DNA of 63,600 nt, the filler included, from Reclinomonas americana ATCC 50394 (Eukaryota), in assembly GCA_048213135.1 (NCBI GenBank). It is 3 parts of 3 records of this genome, joined end to end, with 100 filler letters (N's around TTAATTAATTAA, not from the genome) between each part and the next. Parts side by side here need not be neighbours in the genome. Positions count along the whole stretch, not along the records: positions 1 to 29,426 come from PS015381.1; 2 more parts are not named here. One strand, given 5' to 3'. Shown here piece after piece: positions 1 to 12,505 of this stretch (positions are counted from its first letter, which is position 1; the number at the start of each line of letters is the position of its first letter). The position numbers and the translations under genes were made by a program. The notes beneath the pieces are model-generated. The model was not told the DNA's origin. It ran no database searches and saw nothing but the letters and a program-made list of their open reading frames with translations.

Positions 1-830
1 AGACACAGACAAGATCGAGGCATGAGAGAGGGGGAGAGAGAGAGAGAAGGGCAGCATTGGCTTGTCAAAGAGACAAAGAGACTCCTTTCCTCCTTACCCT
101 GTCTTCCCTTATACTTACTGCCCTTGTCCCGTTCCCTCTCGCCGTGTGATTGGAAGAAGAGAAAGAGAGAAGGACTGGAGATGCAGAACGAGATGAGTGG
201 CAAGAGCGAAGAGAGCGTTGCAATGGCTTGTCTTGCTCTCCATCTGGCCGCGTGACTGCATGAAGTGACAGGGAGACTCCTTTCCTCCCTGCCCTTGTCC
301 CGTTCCTTCTGACTGTGTGAATGGAAGAGGAGAAAGAGAGAAGGGCTGAAGGTGAAGAGGGTAAGAACGAAGAGAGCGTCGCAATGACTTGTCTTGGTCT
401 CCATCTGGCTGCGTGACTGCATGAGGGAAAGAGAGGTGCAAGTGTGTGAGAGGGAGAGAAGGTTCATTCCCTCCTTTCCTTGTTTCTCTTCGCTTGCACG
501 CACCCTTTCCTGTTTGCTCATTCCTTGTCCTTTTCCCTCTGACTCTGTAATTGGATGAAGTGAAAGTGAGAAGGGCTGGAGACACGGAGTAAAACAAGTG
601 AAGTAGAAGCAAGGCAGCATTGGCTTGTCTTGCACTTTCTCACTGCGTGACTGGATGAAGAGACTTAGAAGAAGAGGGCAAGCGTGCGATTGGGTGATTG
701 TGAGAAGACTCCTTCTCTCCTTTCCTTGTTTCTGTTCGCTTGCACTCACACTCTTTCCTGTTCGCTCCTCCCCTGACTGACACTTGAGTATGATAAGTGA
801 AGAGGGGAAGAGTGAAATCAAGGCAGCATT
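1..830. repeat. Degenerate direct repeats in the intron upstream of the LC4-like exon
   Basis: Recurring blocks: cccttgtcccgttcc...gtgtga.tggaaga.gagaaagagagaagg at ~121 and ~291; gcgtgactg at ~250, ~411, ~646; ggcagcattg at ~50, ~613, ~802. Confidence 0.5.
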
Positions 831-897
831 GCCTTATCTTGCCTCTCCCTCCTCTCTCTCTCTCTCTTTCTGCGCCCTCATCCTGCCCTCCCCGCAG

Positions 898-1556
898 AAT
901 TCCTCGCTGTGATGGCCCGCAAGGTGGAGGCCTCGTACACGCCAGCGCAGCTGCAGGAGGCGTTCAAGATCTTTGAGACACCCGACATGCCGCCGGGCTA
1001 CGTCAAGACTGAGGTGTTGGAGAAGGCGTTGGCGACGTATGGTGCGGAGAAGTTGACAGAGGACGAGGCGGCGGAGTTGTTGAAGACGGTGAGTCGCGGG
1101 AGAGCAGTCGCGAGAGGCAAGCTCTCCTTTCTCATTGGTTGTTTCCGCACGCAGGTCGACCCAGACAAGACCGGCAAGATCAACTATCTCGAGTTTCGTC
1201 TCCTCTTGCCTGTCTTCCCTCCTCCCCGTGCGTTCGTCTTGCTTATTTGATGTCACAGGTACATTCAGCTCCTCTCGGTGCGTCCATGCACTGTCATGCG
1301 CTTTGTCTTGCTCCTCATAACTCACCTTGTTGTCTCATTTCCCATCCACGTTGCATCGAGCAGAAGTTGCGTTTGAGTTGTCTCTCTTGCTGTCCTCTTC
1401 TCTGTGCCTCTCTCTCTCTGTCTCTGCTTTCTCCTTTCTCTCTGCCATCTCTGGTTTCTTTATGCCCCTACGCCTCTCTGCCTTTCTGTGCCTCTCTGCC
1501 TTTCTGTGCCCTTTTGCTTTCATGCTGACACGAAGATTCACGCTACACGCAGATAA
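898..1556 (+). CDS. EF-hand calmodulin-like protein, outer-arm dynein light chain LC4-like (3' part; 5' exons lie upstream of the window)
   Basis: Spliced translation EFLAVMARKVEASYTPAQLQEAFKIFETPDMPPGYVKTEVLEKALATYGAEKLTEDEAAELLKT|VDPDKTGKINYLE|YIQLLS|K*; EF loop DPDKTGKINYLE; GT-AG introns; final Lys codon split by a 2-nt exon (1364-1365), stop TAA 1554-1556. Confidence 0.7.
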
Positions 1557-2100
1557 TACCGTGGTTGCGCAATTACAACAGACGCGAGAGCCGAATAGAA
1601 AAAGAAGAACGAAAAAACAAGTGTACACCAAACCCAACCCCTGTTATCAACCGGAAAGCAACGGCACGTGGTTGCTGATCATCGTGTTCATGTTCCTCGT
1701 CACTTTGCTGCATTCTTCAACCGTACCGTTGGAGCTCCAACTGAGGTGGATGGCGGGACCTGTACGCTTGCGCTACCAACTTTGTTTGTTTGAATCAGCC
1801 ATGACCAGGTCGGCACCCGCCCGCGCAATGGTCCAGGTCATGAATGCAAGAGTACAAAGGGAATCGACGTTGCAACAGTCGATGGTCGAGCCATGGCCAC
1901 ATGTACAGGCTTGCCGCTGGGTACGATATCAACACGATTAGCTGCGATGCGGAGATCCATAAATTTGCCAACAGCCTGAACACACAACGGAGCTTTGATG
2001 AAAGCTAGACAGCTGTTGCTTGCTTGTTGGTGAATTGTTGTTGTTGTTGCAACTTCATGCACACATTGCATCATCGCGTTCGTTCGGACCGCAGATCACG

Positions 2101-3583
2101 ATGCAAAAGCGCGCGACAAGCCAGTCCTCAGACATGCGAGTTCCGCTGCTCTCCGCCGGTGCCAGCTCCGACGTGGTCGTGTCACCACCCACCACAGATG
2201 CAACGTGCGCACAAGAGACACAGACGCAGTCAATGTGTATGTGTCTTACTCTCTCACACACTCTCTCTGTCACACACACACACAGCGGACTGGAGCTGCA
2301 GACTGTGGACGAGCTGATCCACTCCATGCAATGCATCGCAGGCGAGCTGAGAAGGCGCATCCAGTCATCATCCGCCGATTCCACCGTGTCTACCACCCGG
2401 CAGCGCACTCCTTCACAGATGGCACTCCGCGAGGAAGACCTCGTGTCACCTCTCGTTGCGTACCTCGAGAGACATGTGCTCCCCCTCCTCCTCTTCCTCC
2501 TCCTGCTCCTCCTCTATGTCTTCTTGATTGCCTTGCTCTTCTTCTCCCCCTCCGCCTTTGTCTTCTTCTTCTCCTCCTTCTCCTCCTCCCTCACTTCCTT
2601 CATCCTCCTTCACGATCACAGAAGCTGAAGAAGCGACGCATCTCCCGTCGCACCCTGCAACTCCTCCTGCCGCTCTCCCTCGTGTGGCAAGTCATTGTGC
2701 TCCTCTGTCTGTGGATCGTCGACAAGCACGTGGTCGATCGCAACTCCACGGGCCTGGACGTGGGCATTGCCTTTATGCTGACTGGGCAGGCGAGTCGCAC
2801 AGTCATGGTTTTTTCTTCCGCCTTCGCGTCTCACCCATCGTTGTCGTCGCGCAGGCTCTGCACATGGTGCTCATTCTGATCTTCAGTGTGAAGCTGGCCA
2901 AGCAGCTGGTCCACGGCACCTTGAATCCGCTCTTCCTGGTGCAGAGCTACTTGTCGACCACCCTCCTCTTTGCGGGCATTGTTGCGTGGCGCTTGAATCG
3001 TGCACCGGCCAGTGACTACATGAGTGACTTGAAACGCGCACAGTACCTCGTCATCTATCGCATGGATGTCACCGCCTTTTCCGGTCTCAACGATTTCCGC
3101 CCATCGACAGAGGTCTCTCGCTCATCACTTCCCCTCCTTCTTTCCTCTCTTGTTGCTGACTGCGCCGCTGAGCCAACGCAGGACACATTCGAGGCATTCG
3201 CCGACTTCTTCATCATGCTCTACTTTTCGCTCACCACCATCACCACATGCGGCTTTGGCGACATTGCCGCCTCGTCGTACTACACTGCCGCCGCGGTCAT
3301 TGTGGAGCTCCTGGTTGCCGTGTGCTACAACGTAGCCGTGTTCGGAATGGCCATCTCGTTCTTCACCGCTGCCGCCCAAGAACACCGGGAGAAACAGCGG
3401 GCCGCCGCCGCCGCGTTCGCCCTCGGCATGAAGGATCCATCGCAGGTGGGAGTGCTTGTGTCTCCCCAGTCGCACCATCTTTCTCACCGTCTCGTGCGTG
3501 CACAGGTGAGAAACGTGAGTGAGCTGCAGGTTCTCTCTTCCAGCGGCCGCTCACTCAGCGGACCGGCGCACCATGTCACATAA
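2101..3583 (+). CDS. Potassium channel pore-domain protein (Ion_trans_2-like), multi-exon
   Basis: Pore helix and filter YFSLTTITTCGFGDIAA flanked by TM segments (TTLLFAGI|YLVIY; AVIVELLVAVCYNVAVFGMAISFF). Start codon is tentative. Confidence 0.75.
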
Positions 3584-3744
3584 AATGAAATGCTGTGAAG
3601 ACATTCCAGTTCTCCCTGTCCTTGTACATAATCCTTCGCCCTCACCAATGAGCGGGCCAGCGCAGCGTGTCACATAAAAAAAAGGTGCTGTAAAGACATT
3701 CGCCTGCATTCCATAATATTCCCAAAATCCCTCCCCTGGACGCC

Positions 3745-6700
3745 TCATCGCCCCGACGATCGCATGTACGGCTTGTCCGACAGCACCGCTTCCAAGTCGA
3801 TGCTGCTGGCCTTGAGCGAACACTTCTTCAGCATGCCGTTGCACTCCGTCATCACCAGATGCACAAACACCACCAGTGCTTGGAACAAGTTGTTGCGTCC
3901 CTGAGGGAGGGAGAGGAAGGGAGGAGAAGTGAGAACGACGAAGACGAGATAGCACAAGCACACTTAATCGTCGTCACCACGTACATCTGCAATGGTTGTC
4001 AACTCTCCTCTGCACCTCTCCGTCTACAACGCGTGCAAAATCACTTGACTCTTCCCCACCATCTATCTCTCTCTCTCTCTCATCTACTCTCTCTCTCTCT
4101 CTACTACTACTACGTACTACTACCGTAACCGTACCGTACCGTACCGTACCGTTACCGTACCGTACCGTACCGTACCNNNNNNNNNNNNNNNNNNNNNNNN
4201 NNNNNNNNNNNNNNNNNNNNNNNNNNNNNNNNNNNNNNNNNNNNNNNNNNNNNNNNNNNNNNNNNNNNNNNNNNNNNNNNNNNNNNNNNNNNNNNNNNNN
4301 NNNNNNNNNNNNNNNNNNNNNNNNNNNNNNNNNNNNNNNNNNNNNNNNNNNNNNNNNNNNNNNNNNNNNNNNNNNNNNNNNNNNNNNNNNNNNNNNNNNN
4401 NNNNNNNNNNNNNNNNNNNNNNNNNNNNNNNNNNNNNNNNNNNNNNNNNNNNNNNNNNNNNNNNNNNNNNNNNNNNNNNNNNNNNNNNNNNNNNNNNNNN
4501 NNNNNNNNNNNNNNNNNNNNNNNNNNNNNNNNNNNNNNNNNNNNNNNNNNNNNNNNNNNNNNNNNNNNNNNNNNNNNNNNNNNNNNNNNNNNNNNNNNNN
4601 NNNNNNNNNNNNNNNNNNNNNNNNNNNNNNNNNNNNNNNNNNNNNNNNNNNNNNNNNNNNNNNNNNNNNNNNNNNNNNNNNNNNNNNNNNNNNNNNNNNN
4701 NNNNNNNNNNNNNNNNNNNNNNNNNNNNNNNNNNNNNNNNNNNNNNNNNNNNNNNNNNNNNNNNNNNNNNNNNNNNNNNNNNNNNNNNNNNNNNNNNNNN
4801 NNNNNNNNNNNNNNNNNNNNNNNNNNNNNNNNNNNNNNNNNNNNNNNNNNNNNNNNNNNNNNNNNNNNTCTCTCTCTCTCTTCCTCTGTTCAAGTACTCC
4901 CACAACAACGGTCGCACCTCACACACGCCCTTCCTTCTCCCACGTACCCTTCGTCAACAATAGACGTGAGGTCAACATGATACCTCACTTCTCCTTTCGT
5001 CACCCCCCCTCCCTCTCTCTCTCTCTCCTAAGTCATTGTGAATGATGCACGGCCCTCTGCAACCTCTCACACGCCCACTCATCTCCCAGCGGCCTTGCAA
5101 CAGATGACGCGATGTCAACATGAATCCTCAATCCTCCAATGCACTTCTGTCAAACGCTTTCTTCTGTTTCACTATTCATCGCCCCTCAACTCCTCCACTG
5201 CTGCGCTCCCACACCTAATAACAATCACCCGCCGTGAAGTACAACTGCACAGCTCTTCACATCTCTCACCCCCATGCATTTCACAACGATCCGTCTGCAC
5301 CACTCTCCTCTTTCTCCTTTCACGCCCTTCCTCTTCTCCCCTCCCCTCCCTTCCCCTTCTCCCCTCCCTTCCCCTCCCCTTTACCCCCCGTCCCCCTTTC
5401 CTCACCGGCACCACCTCGTAATGCGTGCAGCTGGCACCCTTCTCCCGCCCCTGCACCACCTTGAAACTGGGTGGGGAGTCGCGATCTTGCACCAAATTCA
5501 CCCCCGTCATGCTATCCTGCGACGACTTGGAGTCGAAAAAGTGCGAGTCGAAGAACTTCCTGCGCTGCGCATCCACGCCGATGCGTTCGTTGAGGAACTG
5601 GCAGAACACGTGCCGCGAAATATCGGCGTCGAGCGGGAAACCCTTTTTCCAGTCGGGCCCTCCGCCGTCCCACCGGTACGCATCGAGGGCGTCCATTTCC
5701 GCCAGTTCGCCAACGCGCCTCACAATGTACTGGCGCCGCTCCACGGCGACCTTGACCTCCTCGCCGGGGTTCGGCATGAGGTACTGCTCGAGTTGTAGGC
5801 GAGTCTCCATCATGTTGCGGTCGACGATTTGCCGGTACTGTGCGTATCTCTCTTGCTGCGCATCGACAAGAAAGAAGTCAGCAGACGACTCACGTTACAA
5901 ACAAAGAAACAGTGTCCCACAAAACCTCCAGCAACTCCTTCCACGTAAACGGCTGACTGACGGAGGAGACCACAGACAGTGGTGTGCGATAATCAAAATT
6001 AACATCCACGCCCTCCATGCCGGAGCGCACAATAAACTCGGCCACCGCCTGCAGCACACACCCACTTTCGTGAACAAACACACCAACAGTACATGCAGCA
6101 TGCCTCTTTCCCATCCACCACGCACCCTGCGATTGGCCTCCATGTCGCGCCGCAACCTCTTGAACAGGTACGAGAGCCAGCGCCGCATATTGTCGGTCCA
6201 GCGCTCCAACTGGTGCGGACGAATGCCCAAGTCCAGCACCTGTGCGCGTGTATGTCAGCCGCAACCACCACACACCACTGCCCTCACCACCCAATCACCT
6301 TGCGAATATTAGTGTTCGACGTGGCCTTGTGGCCGACGGCGGCGCGATACGAGGACGCATCCTCGGACGACGGACCACCCTCGGTCCAGTGCGCGGCATA
6401 CGTGGTGTCGTCGGTCATCGCACTGCGATCGGTGCGACGCTGCACGATCTTGCTCCACGAACCCGTGTCGTACCAGTCCTCGCCGAAGGGACTGATTGGC
6501 GACCGCGGCGCACTCAGCGATCCGCCGCCCGTGCCGCCCAGACTCGTACGCATCGGCGACGAGATGGGCGATCGCGTGCCCAATCCCGGACTGCCGAAAC
6601 CGAATGCACCCGATCGCGGTGGCGTGCGCGGTGAGCCGCCAAAGCTGCCACGCAGAGCGGCGGGCATCGACGGCGACTGGTCCTCGTAGAACAGCTGGCG

Positions 6701-7622
6701 AAAGTCGGGACGCGGCTGCGGCGACGCCAAGAACTCGGCGGCCGCCGTTCTCGCGCCACCGCCAGCGCCGCCAAGGACCGGAGCACTCGGCGACGCCGCC
6801 ATTGGTGTCTCCTTTTCCACCAGCGCGGGGGTGCGGACACGGAGCTCTGCGGGTGAAGAGGGAGGGAGGGAGGAGAGAGAGAGAGGAGGGAGGGTCAGTA
6901 AGTTCATTCTCACTCAACACAGAGTAACAAAGACAAAGTAATCGCTGCCCTCACTTACTCCCTCTGTCACTCTTTTCACTCATCATGCAGTAACAAAGAG
7001 AGATAGGGGGCGAAGCAGGTCACACGCCGTCTCTTTCTCTCTCTCTCTCTCATTTAACCAGCACGAAGTTACACAGCAAGAGCGAAGGCAGGCAAGAAGT
7101 CATCGCCTCCCAGTTTTCATGCAGCGAAACGAGTCACAGCTGCCCTCTCTTTTCCTCTCTCAGCACGCAGTTACACAGCGTGAGGGAAGGCAGGCAAGAG
7201 AAGTCATCACTGCCTTCGCTTCCCAATCTTCAAGCAGTGCCCTCACTCCCTCTCCCACTCCTTCCGCACACAATCACACAGCAAGAGAAGACAACAAGTC
7301 CCAGCAGATCTCACTCTCTCTTTCCCTTCCTCCCTCCCTTTCCTGCTCTTCCCCCCCATTCGCCTGTCATACCATTCTCCTTGATGCCCAGCAGCTTCTT
7401 CTCCGCATCCGTCAGTCGCACAGTCAGCAATGCAGGCTTGCGCAACAAGAGCCACAGTCCAGCCGCCAGCAATGCAGCAGGCAACAACACCGCTGTGAGA
7501 GAGAGAGAGAGAAGGGAAAGAGGGTGAGAGAGAGGGAGGGAGGGAGGGAGGGAAAGAGGGAGAGAGAAGGGAATGGGAAGAGGGAGAGAGAAGGGAAAGA
7601 GGGAGAGAGAAGGGAAAGAGGG

Positions 7623-7654
<32 letters not shown>

Positions 7655-7951
7655 AGAAAGAAGAGAGAGAGAGACAAGAGTCCAGAATGCAATGCACTCA
7701 CCAAGCACAAAATCAGCATGTGGCATTCCCTCACGCCACGCATCCATCATCGTTCTACACACACACAGATGAGTGTCTTGTGTGTGTGTGACTTGAGAGA
7801 GAGCGCGCAACTGGAACGACTGTGTCCACGTGCAACACTTCCACAACACTGCGAGACTCAGTGCAAACTTGCCCATCCATCGCCCCTGCGCCAACTCAGC
7901 TCGCACTCGTCGATGCTCTGCATATTGCTCGACGAGTCGTGGAGCATGCAT
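3745..7951 (-). CDS. TMEM209: Transmembrane protein 209 (TMEM209/NET31-like nuclear envelope protein)
   Basis: LTDAEKKLLGI; Ser/Pro-rich middle; QLERWTDNMRRWLS; RQYIVRRVGELAEMDALDAYRWDGGGPDWKKGFPLDADISRHVFCQFLNERI; last exon GRNNLFQALVVFVHLV (3745-3901), separated by a ~1.5 kb gap-containing intron. Confidence 0.8.
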
Positions 7952-8072
7952 CCTTCACACTCCCACCCTCACTCAAAAAAAAAACGAACTTGCATGACAG
8001 ACACGCAGGACATCTTCGTTGCCTTCCGTGGACGGAGAAAGATGTACACTTGCAAACTCAGCGCCCCTGTGC

Positions 8073-10285
8073 TCACTGGGAGTTCGGCAGCACCACCAGC
8101 CGCATAAACCGCTCAATGGACTGGTCGTTGCGCAGTACCTGGGCCTTGATCGAGGCGATCTTGGCCGCCTGGTCCTTGATCTGCTGCTCCAACTCGTGCA
8201 GCTTGGTGGTCAGCGGCAGCAGCGTGTCGCGTGTCTTCACGTTTTGCTCCTCCAGGCGCGACGACTGCTTGTCCGACTCCTTTCTCCACACGTCGAGCTC
8301 GCGGTTCATCGCCTCCATGTCCTCCTGCAGGTACTCCAAGCTCTTGCCTAGTGGATTGGCGGCCGCGCACAGCCGCTGAATGGAGGAGCGCAGGCCGTCG
8401 ACCTCCTTTTGCACAGCTCCCTTGTCGATCGACGGCACATTGTGCTTGTTGTCACGTCGGTCGGCAAATTTCTACAACACGCAAAGATGAGCCCTTTGCT
8501 TTCTCTCTGCACTCTGCGTGTGAGTTGATTCTTCCGTCAACGCAACTCCATAATTCGAGTCGCTGCCGAGCTTCGCTTCCTCCTCATTCTCAAACCCGTG
8601 TCCCTGGTGCGAGTCCACGACAATCACTCCATCCTCGTCGTCGTGCCCGCCCTTGTCCTCCACAATCAAGCCCTTGACGGTGGCGGCCGGTGCAGCTGGT
8701 GCATCCACAGCCGACGAGCCCGACGCATTGCGTGCCGAGCGCTCGTTGGTGGCCACGGGCGGTGGTCGACGACCGGCGGTCTGTGGACGTGCGCCGCGCC
8801 GTGACGACGCAGGTCGATTCTGGCCGCTGTCGGGTCGTCCCGAGTTGCTGTCGGGTCGTGAGCGGCTGCCAGGTCGCAAGCCACTGCGCATAGGGGGAAA
8901 AGTGAGTGACATGGCGCGTACTCATTTTCTCTCTGCATACGCGTACCTTGTTGAACCGGACCGACTTCCCGCCGCTNNNNNNNNNNNNNNNNNNNNGCGT
9001 CCACACACTGAGAGAGAGACAGAGAAAGAAAGAAAGCGCGACTTGTTTTCTAATCTCTCTCTGCCTCTGTCTCTCTCTCTCTGCCTGTGTTATCAGGTCT
9101 GTTCCAGGGCGATGAGCTGGACGCCAAGGCGATTGGCGCCACCAAGGAAGGCAAGACGGCGATCATCTCCAAGATGATCAACTACACGGCGTTTGCCATG
9201 AAAAAGTACATTCCTGTGCGCATCAAGAAGGTGCTGGCGGGCGCAGAGGCCACCGCCACAAACATCTTCTTGCAGCACCTGGGTGCGTCCCTTTGGTGTC
9301 ACATGTGTTGGCTTGTCTTCAGTAGCTCACCTCTCTCCCTCCCTCTCTCTCTCCCTCTCCCTCCTTCCATCAACAGCGATTGCGGCGCAGAGTCCATCGG
9401 CGGATCGAGACGGTGCGCTGACTCGCGCGCTGTCGGGTGAGGAGCAGACGCCGGATCTCGACCGGGAGGCGGCGGCTGCGGCAGCTCCACCGCCACGACA
9501 GAAGAAGAAGGAGGCGCCGCCGCCACCGCCGCCGGAGCCGGAGCCAGTGGCGGCACCGGCGCCTACGCGTGCGTCAAAGCAGCAGGATCCGTCGCCGGCA
9601 CGGCAGCGGGAGAAGACGGAGCCGTCGCCGGCTCGTGCGCGTCCGTCGCCTGGGCGGAGCACCGAGTCGGAGCCGACGTCGACGACCACGGCTATTGATG
9701 CTGGTCCACCGCCGCGACAGTCGCATGCGGCGGCGGAGGATGATGACGACAGACCGCCGAAGCGGAAATCACGCACCGAGAAGCCGCCAAACGGGCGCCG
9801 ACGTGGCGAGGAGGCAGACAGTGCGCCGCTGACACCACAGCCGGAGCCGCCGGTCATTCACGGTGGACACACGGATTCACACGGCAGTGCCTACGACGAC
9901 GACATGGTGCGACATGACGGTGGCGACGATGATGGTGGNNNNNNNNNNNNNNNNNNNNACCTTCTCCAAAGCCCGTCGACTCACGCACTGCAGTGAAGAT
10001 GTCGTGCAGGAAGCGGAAAGGTGGCTTGCGCAAGTTCTTCTCTCCAAGCTGTGACACACACACACAGACAAGTCAGGCCACACACACTCTCACTCTCTTT
10101 GTGTGAGTGTGTGTGTGTCTCACCTTGGGCTTGGCAAACAGCGGCTGCAACACGTCGACTGTGTGTGTGTGTTGCACTTTCATGTCAACTGCCAATCACA
10201 TTTGTTGTGTGTCACACACTTACTCTCACTCACCTGTCTCCTGCCAGTTCTCTCCTCCCTCCTCGCCTCCTTCGTCCTCGGCCAT
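8073..10285 (-). CDS. IFT54: Intraflagellar transport protein IFT54/TRAF3IP1 (middle exons appear on the + strand inside a flipped contig, 8997-9938)
   Basis: N-term [41 protein letters not shown] (minus strand); [11 protein letters not shown]...[19 protein letters not shown] (plus strand, from 9097); C-terminal coil [35 protein letters not shown] (minus strand). Confidence 0.85.
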
Positions 10286-10679
10286 GATGTGTGTGAGTGA
10301 GTGTGAGAGAGTGGCGGTCTCGAAAGGGTAAAGTGTCGGGTTGAGGGCAACGGAATGAAAGTGTGCGCGGCATTTTTGGAATTTTTGTAACGGCCAGCTG
10401 CTTGAGCGGAAACCCTTCCTTGCAGCCATCCTCTATCAAAGCAGAGACGAGTTCTACCTATAATCCTTATAGTCTATTCATCCTTCTCTACGGCAGTGGA
10501 TTAGCTGCTGCTGGTTGATGAGGAAAATTTGAAACAAGCATCATCACTTGGTGTTTGTTTTTTGTTGAATAGTTTGACATGTAAGCATATGGTAGGATGA
10601 GGAGAAGGGAGAAGGGTGAGGGAAGGAAAGCAGAGACGCGAGATGGGGAAAACAAAAAAACAAAAGGCAGTCGAGTGCG

Positions 10680-12462
10680 TTATCGGTTCGAGGTGCCGAA
10701 ACGGCTGTGGAAATCCTCCGTAATGTCGCCGGCATACACGGCGTCCAGCTGCCGCGTTCTGCAATGCAAATGTGGATGAGAAGCAGGAGGAGGGGAAAAG
10801 AAGGAAGTGGAGGAGAGAAGAAGCACTCTGTGGCTTGCGGCGTGAAGAAAAAAGTACTCGGTAGCTTGCGGCGTGAAATAGAAGAAGCACTCTGTTGTGA
10901 CGCGGCATTGCTCTCCTCTTTCTCTTCCTCGTCACTGTTCTCCTTCTTCTGCGTTTTCTCTCATTCTCATTCATTGTGGTCCAAGCACTGCATGAAAAGG
11001 AGCACTCTGTAGCTTGTGTCATGAAAGAGAAGAAGCACTGCCCAGTCTACAATGTTCTCCTCTTTCTATTCCTCCTCACTGTTCTCCTTCTTCTGCGTTT
11101 TCTCATTTATTCTCCACCTCCTTCCTCTCTTCCTTCTTCTCCCTTCTCCCTCTCGCCTCCCTCTCCCCTCCCTCGCCCTCCCCCTCTCCCTCCCTTCTCC
11201 ACTGTCTCCCCTCCTTCTCCCTTTCCTGCACCACTCACCGCGACTTGTTCTCCGACGCCTGCGCAAGGTGAATGTCGCGCAAGCGGGCGGCCTCGGCGGC
11301 GCGCTGTCGCTGCACTTCGCGCTCCATGCGCAGAGCCGTCTTGCGCTGCGCCTCCATTTGCGCAGCCCAGGCGGCCTCCTGCGCCTTCTCGCGCTCGCGA
11401 CGCAGACGCAACTCCTCCATCTGCGACACCTGCGTTCTTGCAATCTCCTCCTTCTGATCCGGTCGCAGACCCTTGAAGTGGTCGGGGCGGAAGCTGTGTA
11501 CGAATGCAGATCACCCCACCGTCAGTTTCTGTGCACGTGAGACAGGCGGAGTGTCTGCGTATGACTGACCGGTTGGGATCAAACGCATGCAGCGTGGCCT
11601 CCAATGGCTCATTCAGCAAGTCACTGCTCAGGTGATTCTCCACCTCCTCGTAGTCGGCCGCCTGCTGCTGCTGCATCTCCTGACGCTCACGCTCCTGTCG
11701 CTCGTGTGCCATGGCGAGGTTGTGATCGCGTACTGCCGTGTGCAACTCGCGACGANNNNNNNNNNNNNNNNNNNNNNNNNNNNNNNNNNNNNNNNNNGAG
11801 GAGGAGGAGGAGGACGAGGAGGAGTTGGAGGAGGAGCAGATGAAGGAAGAGGAGGAGGAGGAGGAGGAGAGGAGAAGAACGAGGAGGAGAACGACGAGGA
11901 GAACGAGGAGGAGAACAAGAGGAGGAGGAGGAGGCGGAGGAGGAGCAGGTGAAAGAAGAGGAGGAGGAGGAGAGGAGGAAGAAGAAGAAGAGGAAGAAGA
12001 AGGAGAACAAGAGGAGAAGGAGAAGAAGAGGGTGCAATAGAGTCACAAAACAACATGCCTGCGCTCACGGGCGACCACAGTGGCCATGTGCTGCGCCAAC
12101 TGATCATGGTACAATCGCTGCTCGTCAATCATGGCGTCGCGAGCTCGCTCAGCCTCCTCTTGCGCCTTGCGCTCGGCCGCCTGCTGCTCCAACGATGCCG
12201 TGTCCACCTACTCCACACACTACATGAGTCACAAGCGTTATGACACGCACACTCTCTTCTCACACACACGCACCCCGAGCAATCGCGTGCGCGGATCAAG
12301 AATGCGCTCTTTGCGTGCATCATCCGCCTGCTGGCGACGCGAGCGAGCCAGTGACTCCTTCTCCTCCTGTGACAACTTGCCTGCTCACACACACTAGTCA
12401 CACACACGCACCCTCACACACACACAGCACACAAGCAAGCGCAAACCTTCTTGACGGAACAT
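10680..12462 (-). CDS. RIB43A: RIB43A-like axonemal protofilament ribbon protein
   Basis: MFRQEG|KLSQEEKESLARSRRQQADDARKERILDPRTRLLG|VDTASLEQQAAERK...SDLLNEP...FRPDHFKGL...YAGDITEDFHSRFGTSNR*, matching the characteristic RIB43A N-terminal, central and C-terminal motifs. Confidence 0.8.
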
Positions 12463-12505
12463 CGAAAAAAAAAAACAACGGGCGTTGGTGGACAGATGCG
12501 CCACG

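Noticed and set aside
1560..2100. Possible small gene between the LC4-like and K+ channel genes
   Set aside because: No recognisable motif or consistent splice model.
4102..4176. (GTACC)n/TAC repeat resembling a telomere or satellite
   Set aside because: It follows a CT microsatellite and runs into a gap, and similar TACG/CGT runs occur only at contig ends, consistent with pyrosequencing flow-order noise.
11798..12031. Poly-Glu/Arg ORFs on the plus strand
   Set aside because: They are the antisense of a (CCT/CTT)n pyrimidine tract inside a RIB43A intron; the same applies to the many RERERE/SLSLSL ORFs in the track.
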